Shown here: positions 1 to 9,501 of the stretch, piece after piece | How the letters are laid out: each line of letters opens with the position of its first letter | How positions within the stretch are numbered: the stretch's first letter is position 1 | Program-made: the position numbers and the translations under genes | DNA from: a virus | IMG/VR virus record: IMGVR_UViG_3300032053_000011 | Location: 32,001 to 96,000 of that record | DNA: 64,000 nt | Strand: one strand, 5' to 3' | The notes under the pieces: generated by a model | The model's database searches: none | What the model was told of the DNA's origin: nothing | Seen by the model: the letters and a program-made list of their open reading frames with translations, nothing else

Positions 1-552
1 GGTCGTGATCACGTCCATGCATTGCATCGCGATGCGCGCGAGATATCCCAGGTGCGAGGCAGGGATCTCTGGCTGGCTCTTGAACGCCGTGCCGCCGAAG
101 TAGATGCCATCCCACATCGTGTCGTTGATCGCCTGCTCCATGAGTTCGGCCGCGCTCCTGGCGAGCGGTTCGTGAATCGCATCCAGGCCATATGCGTCGA
201 CGCGCGCGTCGTCGGACCAGATCCCATCCACGTCGTTGCCGAACTTCCGCACGACCGCAGAGGGATCCATGCCGAGGGCATTGATCCCGATCCACAGGAA
301 TTCGCATGCTCGTTCTCGGTCGCCAACGCCATAGGTGCCTGACTGCGACCGGATCCTGTCGATCAATTCGGGGAACTCCTCGATCTCCATTCCCTGGTTG
401 ATCAGGAATACGCCATCGGCACCCGCGTCCATCGCGATCTTCACGTTCGCGATGGCGCCCGAGATGCCGTGCGGAAGATGGATCACCGGCAGCAGGACGC
501 GCGGCCTGCCAAAGTAGCCCTGGATGCGGTTCGTGGTGGGTTGCTCATTCAC
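1..552 (-). CDS. BtpA/SgcQ-family TIM-barrel protein (runs off the left edge)
   Basis: Not in the ORF track because it is truncated. Hand translation from GTG 552 (GTGA overlap with the upstream stop): MNEQPTTNRIQGYFGRPRVLLPVIHLP...AGADGVFLINQG...LWIGINALG...DGIWSDDA...WDGIYFGGTAFKSQ...MDVITT, which matches the BtpA/SgcQ pattern. Confidence 0.7.
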   Translation of the reverse strand, partial: MNEQPTTNRIQGYFGRPRVLLPVIHLPHGISGAIANVKIAMDAGADGVFLINQGMEIEEFPELIDRIRSQSGTYGVGDRERACEFLWIGINALGMDPSAVVRKFGNDVDGIWSDDARVDAYGLDAIHEPLARSAAELMEQAINDTMWDGIYFGGTAFKSQPEIPASHLGYLARIAMQCMDVITT

Positions 553-806
553 GGCGGCCTCATCAGATCATTGCGTTCGCAGTCGCGGATACGATGCACC
601 AGGGAATCAATTCGAGACTCGAGCCCCGTGAGCAGTCTCTCGGTAGCTTGCTGATCGACGACAGCGTGCCTCTCCATACGAGTAACGCGTGTCTGGAGTT
701 CACGGTACCTCTCGTAAAGGTCGGACAGTCGGTACTCGAGCAGCGCGATCGTCCCGCCAAACGTCAGCACGGCAGCAAGCGCAATGGGCGCGATCCAGCG
801 CCTCAC
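549..806 (-). CDS. Small protein with N-terminal TM helix and coiled coil
   Basis: GTG 806 overlaps the stop of 803..1027; MRRWIAPIALAAVLTFGGTIALL is followed by a heptad-like region. Confidence 0.55.
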   Translation of the reverse strand: MRRWIAPIALAAVLTFGGTIALLEYRLSDLYERYRELQTRVTRMERHAVVDQQATERLLTGLESRIDSLVHRIRDCERNDLMRPP

Positions 807-1027
807 GGCAGGACCATCAGATCGTGGTCCATGGCGGGCATCCCGCACCGCGAACACGAGGCCGACTCGCCGTTCTCGCCGATCAGCACTGTGGGGCCGT
901 CCCATACGTGCTCGCACGTGCCGGGGCAGTTGCAACGGCAGCCGCCCGGGCAGATGAACACGGTGATGGCTGGTGCGTCGTCGTTCACGTACAGAACAAT
1001 CTTTTGCCGTCCGGTCCCGTGACCCAC
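803..1027 (-). CDS. Small Cys-rich hypothetical protein
   Basis: CPGGCRCNCPGTCEH...CSRCG; overlap-coupled to its neighbours. Confidence 0.55.
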   Translation of the reverse strand: MGHGTGRQKIVLYVNDDAPAITVFICPGGCRCNCPGTCEHVWDGPTVLIGENGESASCSRCGMPAMDHDLMVLP

Positions 1028-1626
1028 ATCTCCGGCGTGAAGAAGTACGGCGTTCCGTCTTCCAGGAAGCCGAACTCCTCATGGACGGGGCAGGCATAGG
1101 CCTCGCGGAACTCGAGCCCGCCGACCAGGATCGGATAGGGCCCGAAGATGGCCTCGGGAGAATCCGGCTGCACGTCGGTCATGTCCTTCATCCATTCGAC
1201 GCACCGAGAAAGCGTCGCGCACTTCGGGCAAGGCTTGTCGGAAGGTCGGTACCAGCGTCGTCGAATCGCCCGGAGTGCCTTGTGCGTCAGCTCGATGGAT
1301 GCGGACGCATCCTTTTCAGGATCGCCATCGAATCTGGCGAAGCCTTCCTTCACGAGATCCCGGAAGTCTGGGCGGGGGCAGAATGAAGACCTGTTGAGAG
1401 CGGCCAATGGTTGGCGTCCCGCCGCGATATCGGCATCGATGGTCTCGCCGATCTCTTTGATGCCCACGCTGCCCCATTGATCGCCCTTCAATTGGCAGGC
1501 TCGTACGATCAAGGCCGCTGCCATTTCGCGCTCCGACCGGCCCAGCGTGCCTACGAGGCACGGAACCAGCAAGACGACGTCCGATGGCCGCATATCCGGC
1601 GCCGACTTCATCCTTCCAGAACTCAT
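985..1626 (-). CDS. Hypothetical protein with C-terminal CxxC motif
   Basis: Start ATG 1626 chosen by ATGA overlap with the small ORF 1623..1793; contains CPKC and CPVH. Confidence 0.5.
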   Translation of the reverse strand: MSSGRMKSAPDMRPSDVVLLVPCLVGTLGRSEREMAAALIVRACQLKGDQWGSVGIKEIGETIDADIAAGRQPLAALNRSSFCPRPDFRDLVKEGFARFDGDPEKDASASIELTHKALRAIRRRWYRPSDKPCPKCATLSRCVEWMKDMTDVQPDSPEAIFGPYPILVGGLEFREAYACPVHEEFGFLEDGTPYFFTPEMWVTGPDGKRLFCT

Positions 1627-1908
1627 TGGCCCGGTCTCCATCCGAGGTCCACTTCGAGCAGGATGGCAGTCCAGCGCTCGCGAATCTCCTCCTGGAGGTC
1701 TTCCTCGAGATTCTCGATCACATCGCACCCACTGCGGCTGGAAAGGTCCGCCAGCAGTCGTCGTACCGCCTCTCGCGCCTGCGCCTCGGTCATAGCGCAG
1801 CTTTACTGGAGCCGATATGTGGCGTCAAGCGTGCGCTTGCGATTGGCTTGCATTGCGCTTGCATCGCACCTACATGGTGGGGCGCCTGACGGACGCACCG
1901 ATCGAAAC

Positions 1909-1937
1909 TTGCGATCGGTCACGCGCGTGGCTATATT
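1909..1937 (+). promoter_or_regulatory. sigma70-like promoter
   Basis: TTGCGA-17 nt-TATATT upstream of ATG 1955. Confidence 0.55.
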
Positions 1938-1954
1938 CGACACGTGGTGCCACC

Positions 1955-2152
1955 ATGTCATTCGCAGCCGAAGTACAGGAGCGTTCGCTCGACCTAGAAC
2001 TGGAGTTCGCCTTCCACCGCGCGTCGGGCGACGCGACGTGTGCCGCGTGCAAACGCGCATACCGTCGACACCCTCTCGACAACAGCAAGCTCGGTCACAA
2101 CGGACAGCCGTTCCTGCGCGTGCTCTGCGACGGTCGGAGAGTGCAGATCTGA
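1955..2152 (+). CDS. Small putative Zn-binding hypothetical protein
   Basis: MSFAAEV...RASGDATCAACKRAYRRHP...LRVLCDG; promoter directly upstream. Confidence 0.55.
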   Translation: MSFAAEVQERSLDLELEFAFHRASGDATCAACKRAYRRHPLDNSKLGHNGQPFLRVLCDGRRVQI

Positions 2153-2215
2153 GCGGCGATTCGCCACAGCGACGCGCTTCTTGGTGCCGCGGCTGACCCC
2201 GCGTAGACTCGGCCC

Positions 2216-3073
2216 ATGGCGTATCCCGACCAGAGCACGTTCAACGACGCAGCCCCGCTTTCTGCGTGGTGGCGGGAATCGATCCCAGGCCACACCTGGA
2301 TCCATGCTGGAAGTGGGCGCGGCCTGATCATGGCCATCCAGGGGGCCCTGGTCGATCACATGCCGACCGGGCAACTGTTCGGGTTCCCGGATCCGCATCT
2401 CTTCGACCAAGGCAACGTCTGGGGCGGATTTTCGCCTGTTCGGCCCGTCCTCATCAGCAAGCCGGGTGGCTCCGAAGGCATTGTCACGTCGATTCCGTAC
2501 ATCGGTGGGATCGTCCGGCACCTCTTCCACCCGTTCCAGATCGATGGTGCGTTCGGGCCCGACACGATGGCGCTGCTTTGGAACTTTGCGAGCGGCATGG
2601 GTCCCCGGCACCTGGATGAACGCGGGATCTTGCTGCCCGCGGACTACGAGGCGGAGGGCCTGTGGAGGACGGCGCAATTGCCCGGGGCTGCTGGCGCGCG
2701 CGCCATGCCCTTCTTCCCTGACCTCGCCACGAGCATCGCTCAGGACCTCGTCGCAGGCCGCGTGGGACCGGACACGATGCGCTATGCCCTGTTCCTGGCC
2801 TACGGACCCTACAGTCGTCATCCCACGCCGAACCTCGTTCACCCGGGCCAGATCGACATCCCGCCGGATGCCATCATGCCTGCATGGGAACGCGCAGCAC
2901 CCTACGAGACGCGACCTGGGTACGTCGCTCGGTGGGAGCTGGGCAATGAACCGATCCCCGCCGGGCCTCCCACCAATGCTGGGACGACGCCAGCACCGAA
3001 CACTGCGCGCTTCGTGATCGGCACGGCGGCCCTGGCAGCGGCGGTATTCTGGCTGGTGCGGCGCGCGCTGTGA
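2216..3073 (+). CDS. Hypothetical protein with C-terminal membrane anchor (possible virion/membrane protein)
   Basis: 285 aa; Pro/Thr linker then FVIGTAALAAAVFWLVRRAL. Confidence 0.65.
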   Translation: MAYPDQSTFNDAAPLSAWWRESIPGHTWIHAGSGRGLIMAIQGALVDHMPTGQLFGFPDPHLFDQGNVWGGFSPVRPVLISKPGGSEGIVTSIPYIGGIVRHLFHPFQIDGAFGPDTMALLWNFASGMGPRHLDERGILLPADYEAEGLWRTAQLPGAAGARAMPFFPDLATSIAQDLVAGRVGPDTMRYALFLAYGPYSRHPTPNLVHPGQIDIPPDAIMPAWERAAPYETRPGYVARWELGNEPIPAGPPTNAGTTPAPNTARFVIGTAALAAAVFWLVRRAL

Positions 3074-3495
3074 GTTGGAGCGCGATCGCAAGCGCCGTGC
3101 GAGTAGGGCATCTGCCGCTGGATCTGGCCATCTGGGCAGAGGGTCCCGACGCCGCGCGCGCGTGGGCTGACCTCCTATTTGCCGCGCGCCTTGATGTATT
3201 GGTCCTTCTGCCGGGAACTCCAGCCAAGTTCTACGAGCAGGTCTGCGCCGCCATCCGTCTGGCCTCGAATCCTGACCCGGCTGTTCGGCGCGGCTACAGG
3301 GCTAGCGACTTTGACTTCCTCCTGAACGAAGACGGAACACATCTCTCGCTCCAATTCCTACACGAAATGTTGCACGCCCGATTTATCAGGGGCTCATGCA
3401 GGGGCTCATGGGCATTGGTGAATGCGGCAGTTCCTCACGTCTATCCGGCGCCTACGATCGGTGAGCTTGTCGAAGCCGCTGAATGGCGACAATGA
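3070..3495 (+). CDS. Variable-core paralog family member (divergent subgroup)
   Basis: LPLDLAIWA near the N-terminus and PAPTIGELV at the C-terminus; tandem paralog of the next gene. Confidence 0.6.
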   Translation: MSWSAIASAVRVGHLPLDLAIWAEGPDAARAWADLLFAARLDVLVLLPGTPAKFYEQVCAAIRLASNPDPAVRRGYRASDFDFLLNEDGTHLSLQFLHEMLHARFIRGSCRGSWALVNAAVPHVYPAPTIGELVEAAEWRQ

Positions 3496-4118
3496 GTCTG
3501 AGCGATGCCGACGGCGCGCGGTTGTGGAACGAGATCGCCCAAGCCATAGAGGCTGGCGCTTTGCCGTTGCATCTCGCGATCTGGGCGGACTCCGCCGAGG
3601 CAGTCCGCGCGTGGGATCGACTTCCGAGCGGCTACCGCGCGGACGTGATCGTCCTGCTGCCCAATGCCTTCGAAGTCGTTCGCGCCCACCTCCGGGCCCT
3701 GTTGCCGAGCATGCGCTGTCGCGGCCATCAAAAGCGGACGCTCGATGACCTGCTCGACGAAGCCGATACCATCCTCGAGACGCCGAGGATCTCATCCGAG
3801 CAAGTCGCACGCATGCTCCAGCTCGAAGGCCGGGCCATCAGTCTAATGGCCGCCGCGCGAGACGCCCAGATCGTTCGCGAGAACCGCCGAGGCTATCGCG
3901 AGACCGCTGAGAGCGTCACCATCCTCAGCGATCTGGAGATCCTGCGCACAGTCTGGATCGCACTCGAGGACTACGCGATCGCATCAGAAAGTCCATCGAA
4001 GTATCAAACGGCGAGGAACTTGCGCACCGTCCTCGCGACGCTGGTGGTGCATCTGGCCATCGACCCAGCTCCTTCGACGGCTGATCTAGTAGCGGCTGCC
4101 GACTTCTGGCGCCGGTGA
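3492..4118 (+). CDS. Variable-core paralog family member (divergent subgroup)
   Basis: LPLHLAIWA...AW...R.DV.VLLP and C-terminal PAPSTADLV; ATGA overlap with the previous gene. Confidence 0.6.
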   Translation: MSLSDADGARLWNEIAQAIEAGALPLHLAIWADSAEAVRAWDRLPSGYRADVIVLLPNAFEVVRAHLRALLPSMRCRGHQKRTLDDLLDEADTILETPRISSEQVARMLQLEGRAISLMAAARDAQIVRENRRGYRETAESVTILSDLEILRTVWIALEDYAIASESPSKYQTARNLRTVLATLVVHLAIDPAPSTADLVAAADFWRR

Positions 4119-4493
4119 TTCCATCAGCACTGCCGCCACCGTGAATCTGATCAGCGCATTCAGGCCGTCGTGACCGCCAACCCGCTCGGCATCGGTCCAC
4201 CAGGACTCCCGATGGGCCTGTTCGGCGCAGACGTCGAGCACCACCGTCGCAGTGCGTGCCAGCGCTGTATCGACGAGGTGATGAAGCGTGTCCATGGTCA
4301 GTCCGAGCATCTGCGCGATCTTCCGAGCGAGGAAAGCATCGAGCGGCGCCGTTCCCCGTTCAATGCGTGAGATCAGGCTCTGGCTGGCGCCCACGTTGCT
4401 CGCAAGTTCCAACTGAGACAACGCGCTCGTCGCGCGGCGTTGCGCCAGGATTGCGCCCAGGACACGCACTCGAACGTCCTCGAGATCAGTCAC
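4086..4493 (-). CDS. XRE-family helix-turn-helix regulator
   Basis: LSQLELASNVGASQSLISRIERG; GTG 4493 overlaps the stop of the GHKL gene. Confidence 0.8.
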   Translation of the reverse strand: MTDLEDVRVRVLGAILAQRRATSALSQLELASNVGASQSLISRIERGTAPLDAFLARKIAQMLGLTMDTLHHLVDTALARTATVVLDVCAEQAHRESWWTDAERVGGHDGLNALIRFTVAAVLMESPAPEVGSRY

Positions 4494-6619
4494 GGCAGCG
4501 GCGCCCAGAGCCGCTGGTACGTTGCGCGATCCACCTCGGTCCGCCACCGATGACCATTCCAACAGACGATCGCCGGATGCATCGGCAAGGCGTTGATCTC
4601 TTGATCCCCGTTGTACAGATCCAACCAGCGCTGCTCGCCAACCTGCGGCATGCCCGGATCCAGCGCGAAGTATTCGCAGCTCATGTGACGCGCCCAAGCG
4701 ATTGCGGTGCCAATGCTCCTCGGCGGTGGCAGTGCCGGGATCTCGTCCTCTTCGGGCTCTTCCTCCCGCATTCGAATTGAAGCGGCGATGGCTCGGATCT
4801 TCCGGTATCCGTCGGCGCAACGCGCCACATTCCGAGTCATCGCGTCCGCGAACGATTGTTCGTGCGAAGAGAGCCGGTCGACCAGATGCGTGGCTTCGTG
4901 GATCGCCGCCGCGTACAGCCAGCGCAGATCCTCGTCGCGACTCGGCGCGAGCATCTCCCGCCGGGTCTTCGGATCACGGAACGGATTGAGCACCAGCCAG
5001 TCCGCTTGGCCTTCACGGACCGCCGCGGCGCCGTTCTCTTCGGAGAAGAGCCATCCGACGCCGTACTGCACCCTGGATCCGAGTTGGATCAGTACGTATC
5101 GGCACATCTCCGTCCAGGTCTTCAGGAGCTTCAGGACACGCGGCTTCATCGTCGCGGGCTCGAACCGGCGCGGCACTTTGAATCCGGCGATCTCCTGCAC
5201 GACGATCATATCCGGCTGCCACACGAGCTGCGCCATGGCAGCCTCGAGATGATCCTGGCCAAGGAACCTCCCTGACATCAGATGGGCTGCGGACTCGGGG
5301 GAGGCTTCGAATGTCCGCTCATCGCTCTCGCCACGCTGGCCGCGAGCGCGCTGAATACTGTCGAGCGTTTCCGCGATACGCGCCAAGCCATCCGGCGCGA
5401 TCACCATCGTCGCTGGCCCGGCAACGTGCGCTGGTCCCGTGGCGAGCAGGATTTCGGCCTCATCCCTGCCGGAGACCGCCGGGCCGGTGCCCTTGTAGAC
5501 CTTGCGGAAGACGTTCTGTTTCGTCTGGAGGGCAGACCGGGTCTCGACTGCCAGCTCGTTCTCGAACTTCCACATCGCGCTCAGAAGCTCGGCATCACGG
5601 AAGGCGTCGCGGTTCGAGGTGAGCAGTTCGATCGATGGGCGCAGCATCTCGCCGATCACGTTGCCTTTGATCACGCTGGGAATGTCTCGCGAGAACATGT
5701 ACAGGCCGCCGGTGCGAACGATCAGCAGCGGCCAGTCCGTTTCCACGTCGGAGAAAAACAGCTCGAGCTTGTCCGCGAGGGTCCGCAGGCGCTTCTTGGC
5801 CTTGAGCGCGGCCGATACCGGCTGGCCTTGCACCCAGAACCGTACGGCTGGGAGATAGCTTCGGCTCAGGAGGGTCGTGGCCGACACCCCATCGATTGCA
5901 TCCTGGGCGGCCATCAGCACTTCGACCCGGGTCCCTTCGCGATAGAATGGCGCTGGTTCGAAGTCCCACGAGTTGGCGACGCCTGCGGCAACCATGTCCC
6001 GGGAGTGAACGCGCCAGGAGAGCCAGGGCAGCAAAAGCAGTTCCTTCGCCTTGCCGAACCCGCCCATCGCGCCACGCGCGCCGACCTTGCTCGTCCCGTA
6101 GAACACCATGAACTTGTGTTCGAAGGCCTCGCGGTCCATCCCCGAGCCGTTGTCTTCGCAGATGATGCGAACGGTGCCATCAGGCTGCGGCTCGGTGGAC
6201 AGGCGGATCTCTGTTGCTCCTGCGTCGACGGAGTTCTGCACTGCCTCGCGCCACCACTTCGTGGGCCAGTCCGTGTACTCCTGCTTCACCCGCTTGAACG
6301 CCTCGGGATCGATCGCCATCATCTTCGGATTCGCGCGGGTCTTCGCGCGGACCGCGATCGCTTTCTGTCCATCTGGCAGGCTGCGCTCGCCGACCAGCGC
6401 GGCGTCACTGCGCAGCATCGCGGCGCGCAACAGATGGTAGGCGTACGTCCAGCTCTCGGCGATATAGATCCCGGGCTCACTCAGCGCGGATGCGACGGCG
6501 GCCGGGTCCTCCACGATCTGCACAAGCTCCGGCTCCAGCTCGCTCAGGGCGAGGTTCGGGCGCAGGCCGCGCGGGTCTTTCTCGCGACCCCTGATGCGGA
6601 CGTCTTGGAGTTTCGACAT
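4490..6619 (-). CDS. GHKL (HATPase_c, Hsp90/MORC-like) ATPase with C-terminal HExxH zincin-like domain
   Basis: Bergerat motifs REAVQNSVDA, EDNGSGM, GGFGKA and GTRV; C-terminal IHEATHLVDRLSSHEQSF. Start at ATG 6619 or GTG 6637. Confidence 0.8.
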   Translation of the reverse strand: MSKLQDVRIRGREKDPRGLRPNLALSELEPELVQIVEDPAAVASALSEPGIYIAESWTYAYHLLRAAMLRSDAALVGERSLPDGQKAIAVRAKTRANPKMMAIDPEAFKRVKQEYTDWPTKWWREAVQNSVDAGATEIRLSTEPQPDGTVRIICEDNGSGMDREAFEHKFMVFYGTSKVGARGAMGGFGKAKELLLLPWLSWRVHSRDMVAAGVANSWDFEPAPFYREGTRVEVLMAAQDAIDGVSATTLLSRSYLPAVRFWVQGQPVSAALKAKKRLRTLADKLELFFSDVETDWPLLIVRTGGLYMFSRDIPSVIKGNVIGEMLRPSIELLTSNRDAFRDAELLSAMWKFENELAVETRSALQTKQNVFRKVYKGTGPAVSGRDEAEILLATGPAHVAGPATMVIAPDGLARIAETLDSIQRARGQRGESDERTFEASPESAAHLMSGRFLGQDHLEAAMAQLVWQPDMIVVQEIAGFKVPRRFEPATMKPRVLKLLKTWTEMCRYVLIQLGSRVQYGVGWLFSEENGAAAVREGQADWLVLNPFRDPKTRREMLAPSRDEDLRWLYAAAIHEATHLVDRLSSHEQSFADAMTRNVARCADGYRKIRAIAASIRMREEEPEEDEIPALPPPRSIGTAIAWARHMSCEYFALDPGMPQVGEQRWLDLYNGDQEINALPMHPAIVCWNGHRWRTEVDRATYQRLWAPLP

Positions 6620-6663
6620 GGTCGGAAGTTCTACCACGATCGGCCCTGTGGCATCATGGGCCG

Positions 6664-7758
6664 ATGAACCTCACGTTGCTGAACAAATCCAACCAGCCGC
6701 ACCACATCTATTGGATGATCCTGGGGACCGACCCGCTCACCAACGCCTGCTCGTACGTGCGCGCGAACGGCGCCATCGAGAAGTGCGAGATCGGTGACGA
6801 CTGCAAGCTCTATCAGCACGTGCTTGGCAAGAAGGCGACGTTGCCGTTCCCGCCGTTGATCTCGGCGCGCATCATCTTCACGATCGGCGCGCCCTTGCAG
6901 ATCAAGATCGTGAAGGACGGCAACGGCAATCCGGCCGTCCAGGACGCGGTCTTCTTCCTGCCGAGCGATCCGAACTACCTGCGCGTGTACGACAAGGTCG
7001 AGTACTCGCTGCCGACGTCGCCGCTCAATCAGATCTGGGCGAACAACACCAACGTGGACTTCTTCGGGATCCCGACCGAAGTGGCGATCGCTGACAAGAA
7101 CGGCCACACGCAGAGCACATCCCCGCTGTCCGGCACGCGGGACGCGCTCTTCGCAGCCTTCGCGGCCACGCCCGGCTTCGAATGCTTGGCGGTCACCCAC
7201 GGGACATCGAACGTCCGCGTGATCGCGCCGGGGTACTCGCCCGACTTCGACGCCAACTACTTCGACTCGTACGTGGCGTTGTGCTGGAAGAAGTACGCGA
7301 GCGAGTCGCTCGACCTCGCGCTGACGGGAGCACCGGCTGGATTCACGACCGCCATCGGCATGGTGGATGGCTCGGATGTCTTCCAGTTCGTCGACAACAA
7401 GGGCAACGCGTACGCGATCAACATGCCGAGCTCCTCGGACGTGTTCCTGTGCAACGGCGCGTTCAACATCAATGGATCACTGCCGCCGCTCGAGCAGCAG
7501 GTCGACGGCATCATCAAGCGGCAGATCGGCGCCGCGCTGAATCGCTCGGTGCTGACGGATGATGTTGGTGCGTTCTGCACGCTCGGCGGATTCTATCAAC
7601 AGCCGATCACGAACAAGTACTCAGCTCTGCTGCACGAGAGTTTCAAGGGCGGTCTCTGTTACGGGTTCCCCTACGACGACGTCTGCAACAAGTTCAGCTC
7701 CACGCTGAGCCTGACGCACTTCGCCTCGATGATCGTCACCGTCGGTGCGATGGCCTAG
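6664..7758 (+). CDS. GH64-family beta-1,3-glucanase (thaumatin-like fold)
   Basis: Motifs SARI.F, DPNY...YDKVEYS, NNTNVDFFGIP, AALNRS, FY...TNKYSALLH and YGFPYDDV. Confidence 0.85.
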   Translation: MNLTLLNKSNQPHHIYWMILGTDPLTNACSYVRANGAIEKCEIGDDCKLYQHVLGKKATLPFPPLISARIIFTIGAPLQIKIVKDGNGNPAVQDAVFFLPSDPNYLRVYDKVEYSLPTSPLNQIWANNTNVDFFGIPTEVAIADKNGHTQSTSPLSGTRDALFAAFAATPGFECLAVTHGTSNVRVIAPGYSPDFDANYFDSYVALCWKKYASESLDLALTGAPAGFTTAIGMVDGSDVFQFVDNKGNAYAINMPSSSDVFLCNGAFNINGSLPPLEQQVDGIIKRQIGAALNRSVLTDDVGAFCTLGGFYQQPITNKYSALLHESFKGGLCYGFPYDDVCNKFSSTLSLTHFASMIVTVGAMA

Positions 7759-8257
7759 TCCAGTCCTTCTTTCGGACCTCATCGCGGTAGTTCTCGCCCA
7801 CGTACACCCAGAGCGATCGTTCGCCGAGTGCCATCGCGGCGGCGGCGCGATGATTGCCATCCACAAGCTGTGCCTCGTACTGGCCGATATCGGCTCGAGT
7901 CCATGGGCGCGTCATGCCCAACTGGTACGAAAGCTCGCCGCGTTTGGCCCAGTCTTGTGTCATGTGGACATCTGCTGCGGTGATGCGGTGAATCCGCGCG
8001 GCCGGGATCTCGAAGCAATAGCCCTTCGCCATCGCTTCCATCACGCCAGCGGCGTGACCGAAGTTCCAGATGTTGTCCTGCATGAAGAGGACGCGGTCGG
8101 TCTCGACCTCGACGATGTATCCATTGCCGACCCACCCAACTCTCCTGCCTTGGAAATGCAGCTCGTCGCACTCCTCGGGTGAAACATTCCTCGGGTCGGG
8201 CGGCGTATCGCGCACCATCTGGACGATGTCGCCGGTGCTTTCGAAGAAACTGTCCAT
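7736..8257 (-). CDS. ParB/Srx-like domain protein
   Basis: QLVDGNHRAAAAMALGERSLWVYV. Confidence 0.6.
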   Translation of the reverse strand: MDSFFESTGDIVQMVRDTPPDPRNVSPEECDELHFQGRRVGWVGNGYIVEVETDRVLFMQDNIWNFGHAAGVMEAMAKGYCFEIPAARIHRITAADVHMTQDWAKRGELSYQLGMTRPWTRADIGQYEAQLVDGNHRAAAAMALGERSLWVYVGENYRDEVRKKDWTRPSHRR

Positions 8258-8272
8258 GGCTGGCCTATCCGC

Positions 8273-8881
8273 CTATCCGCGGTTCGCATTGACGACGTCA
8301 GCTAGAATATCCCGGTGCGCGAGTTGTGCGCGTACGATGTCCGCAAGCGCTGGCAAGCTCAAGGTCTCATGCGTACGTCCTGCCGCCGCGATGCTGGTAT
8401 CGATCGCTTCGTCGAGTTCCTCGCCGACCGTGGTGGAAACCACGAGAGCTGCCTCAGAGGCCGTACGAGTCGCATGTCGCGAAATGAGATCCTCGAAAGA
8501 CCCGTCGGCCGCAACGGAAGCGTCTTCAGCAGCGACGCGCACGTCCCAGATGCCAACAGAAGTGTCGCCAGCCGCATAGCGGCTGGCGATATCGATCGCT
8601 ATCCAGGCTTTCTCGTGTGCATGTGCATTCGCTGCATAAGGCAGGGCAGCTTTAGCGATGGCGAGAGCGGCGCGCGCATACTCGGCATGCGGCGTAGCTC
8701 GCGAGGCGATTCTCAACAGATCATTTGGATTGCGGCTTGTGGCCCATGCTCTCGCGAATTCCTCGGCGTGCGCGACGGCCCAATGCAGTGGGATAGGCTC
8801 CATATCGCATAGGTATTTGAGTACTTCTTCCAGGCGCAGTCGGAGCTGCAATCCTACAGAGAACTCGCGCGGGTGGCTCAC
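8273..8881 (-). CDS. Variable-core paralog family member, Imm5-like Ala-rich helical protein
   Basis: PIPLHWAVAHA...AW; C-terminus ADIVRAQLAHRDILADVVNANR nearly identical to the next gene; GTG 8881 overlap. Confidence 0.65.
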   Translation of the reverse strand: MSHPREFSVGLQLRLRLEEVLKYLCDMEPIPLHWAVAHAEEFARAWATSRNPNDLLRIASRATPHAEYARAALAIAKAALPYAANAHAHEKAWIAIDIASRYAAGDTSVGIWDVRVAAEDASVAADGSFEDLISRHATRTASEAALVVSTTVGEELDEAIDTSIAAAGRTHETLSLPALADIVRAQLAHRDILADVVNANRG

Positions 8882-9501
8882 AGCGCCGACCGGTTCGCAT
8901 TCACGACATCGGCCAGAATGTCGCGGTGCGCGAGTTGCGCGCGTACGATGTTCGCCATGCCATCCCAGATCGCGACGCGGTCCGCCCGAGTGCGAGCTGT
9001 CGTGGAACTGAGCCAAACGGCCTCGACAGCGGCCTCCGCAGAACTCACGGCGGAATCCGCAGCATCGTATGAATCCACCGCCAGCGCGAGGAAGGCAGCA
9101 TCCCCCGCCGCCCTGGCAACTTCACGTGAGATGCCTCCGCGGTCGGTCACGGCATCCGCCGTGTCGTTGCATGCCTCCCGTACGTCATCGGCTGATGCTT
9201 CCCCACGTGCCCATGCTTCAGCGATGTCGATCGCTTTCTCGGGTCGATCGTCGTAGGCGCTGGGCAGAGCCTTCTTCGCGATGGCGGATGCCGCGAGCAC
9301 CAGTGCTGGCCGGGGCACTGCGAATGCTGCGATCTTCAAGAGCAGACTCGCATGGCCACTGCGAGCCCAGGCATGTGAGAATTCTGTCGCGTGCTCGACA
9401 GCCCAGGACAGCGGAATTGGATCGCCAGTGCTGAGATGGCTGATGGTAGCCTCGAGAATCAGTTCGTCTTGCTCGTCTCGCTCGAGCTTCTGTCGGCTCA
9501 T
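8878..9501 (-). CDS. Variable-core paralog family member, Imm5-like
   Basis: PIPLSWAVEHA...AW; DDRPEKAIDIAEAWARGEAS resembles the Imm5-like signature D.RP..AI..A.AW.RGE. Confidence 0.7.
   Translation of the reverse strand: MSRQKLERDEQDELILEATISHLSTGDPIPLSWAVEHATEFSHAWARSGHASLLLKIAAFAVPRPALVLAASAIAKKALPSAYDDRPEKAIDIAEAWARGEASADDVREACNDTADAVTDRGGISREVARAAGDAAFLALAVDSYDAADSAVSSAEAAVEAVWLSSTTARTRADRVAIWDGMANIVRAQLAHRDILADVVNANRSAL

Noticed and set aside
3387-3410. Perfect 12-bp tandem CAGGGGCTCATG x2
   Set aside because: A single in-frame micro-duplication with only two units; no evidence for a contingency locus.
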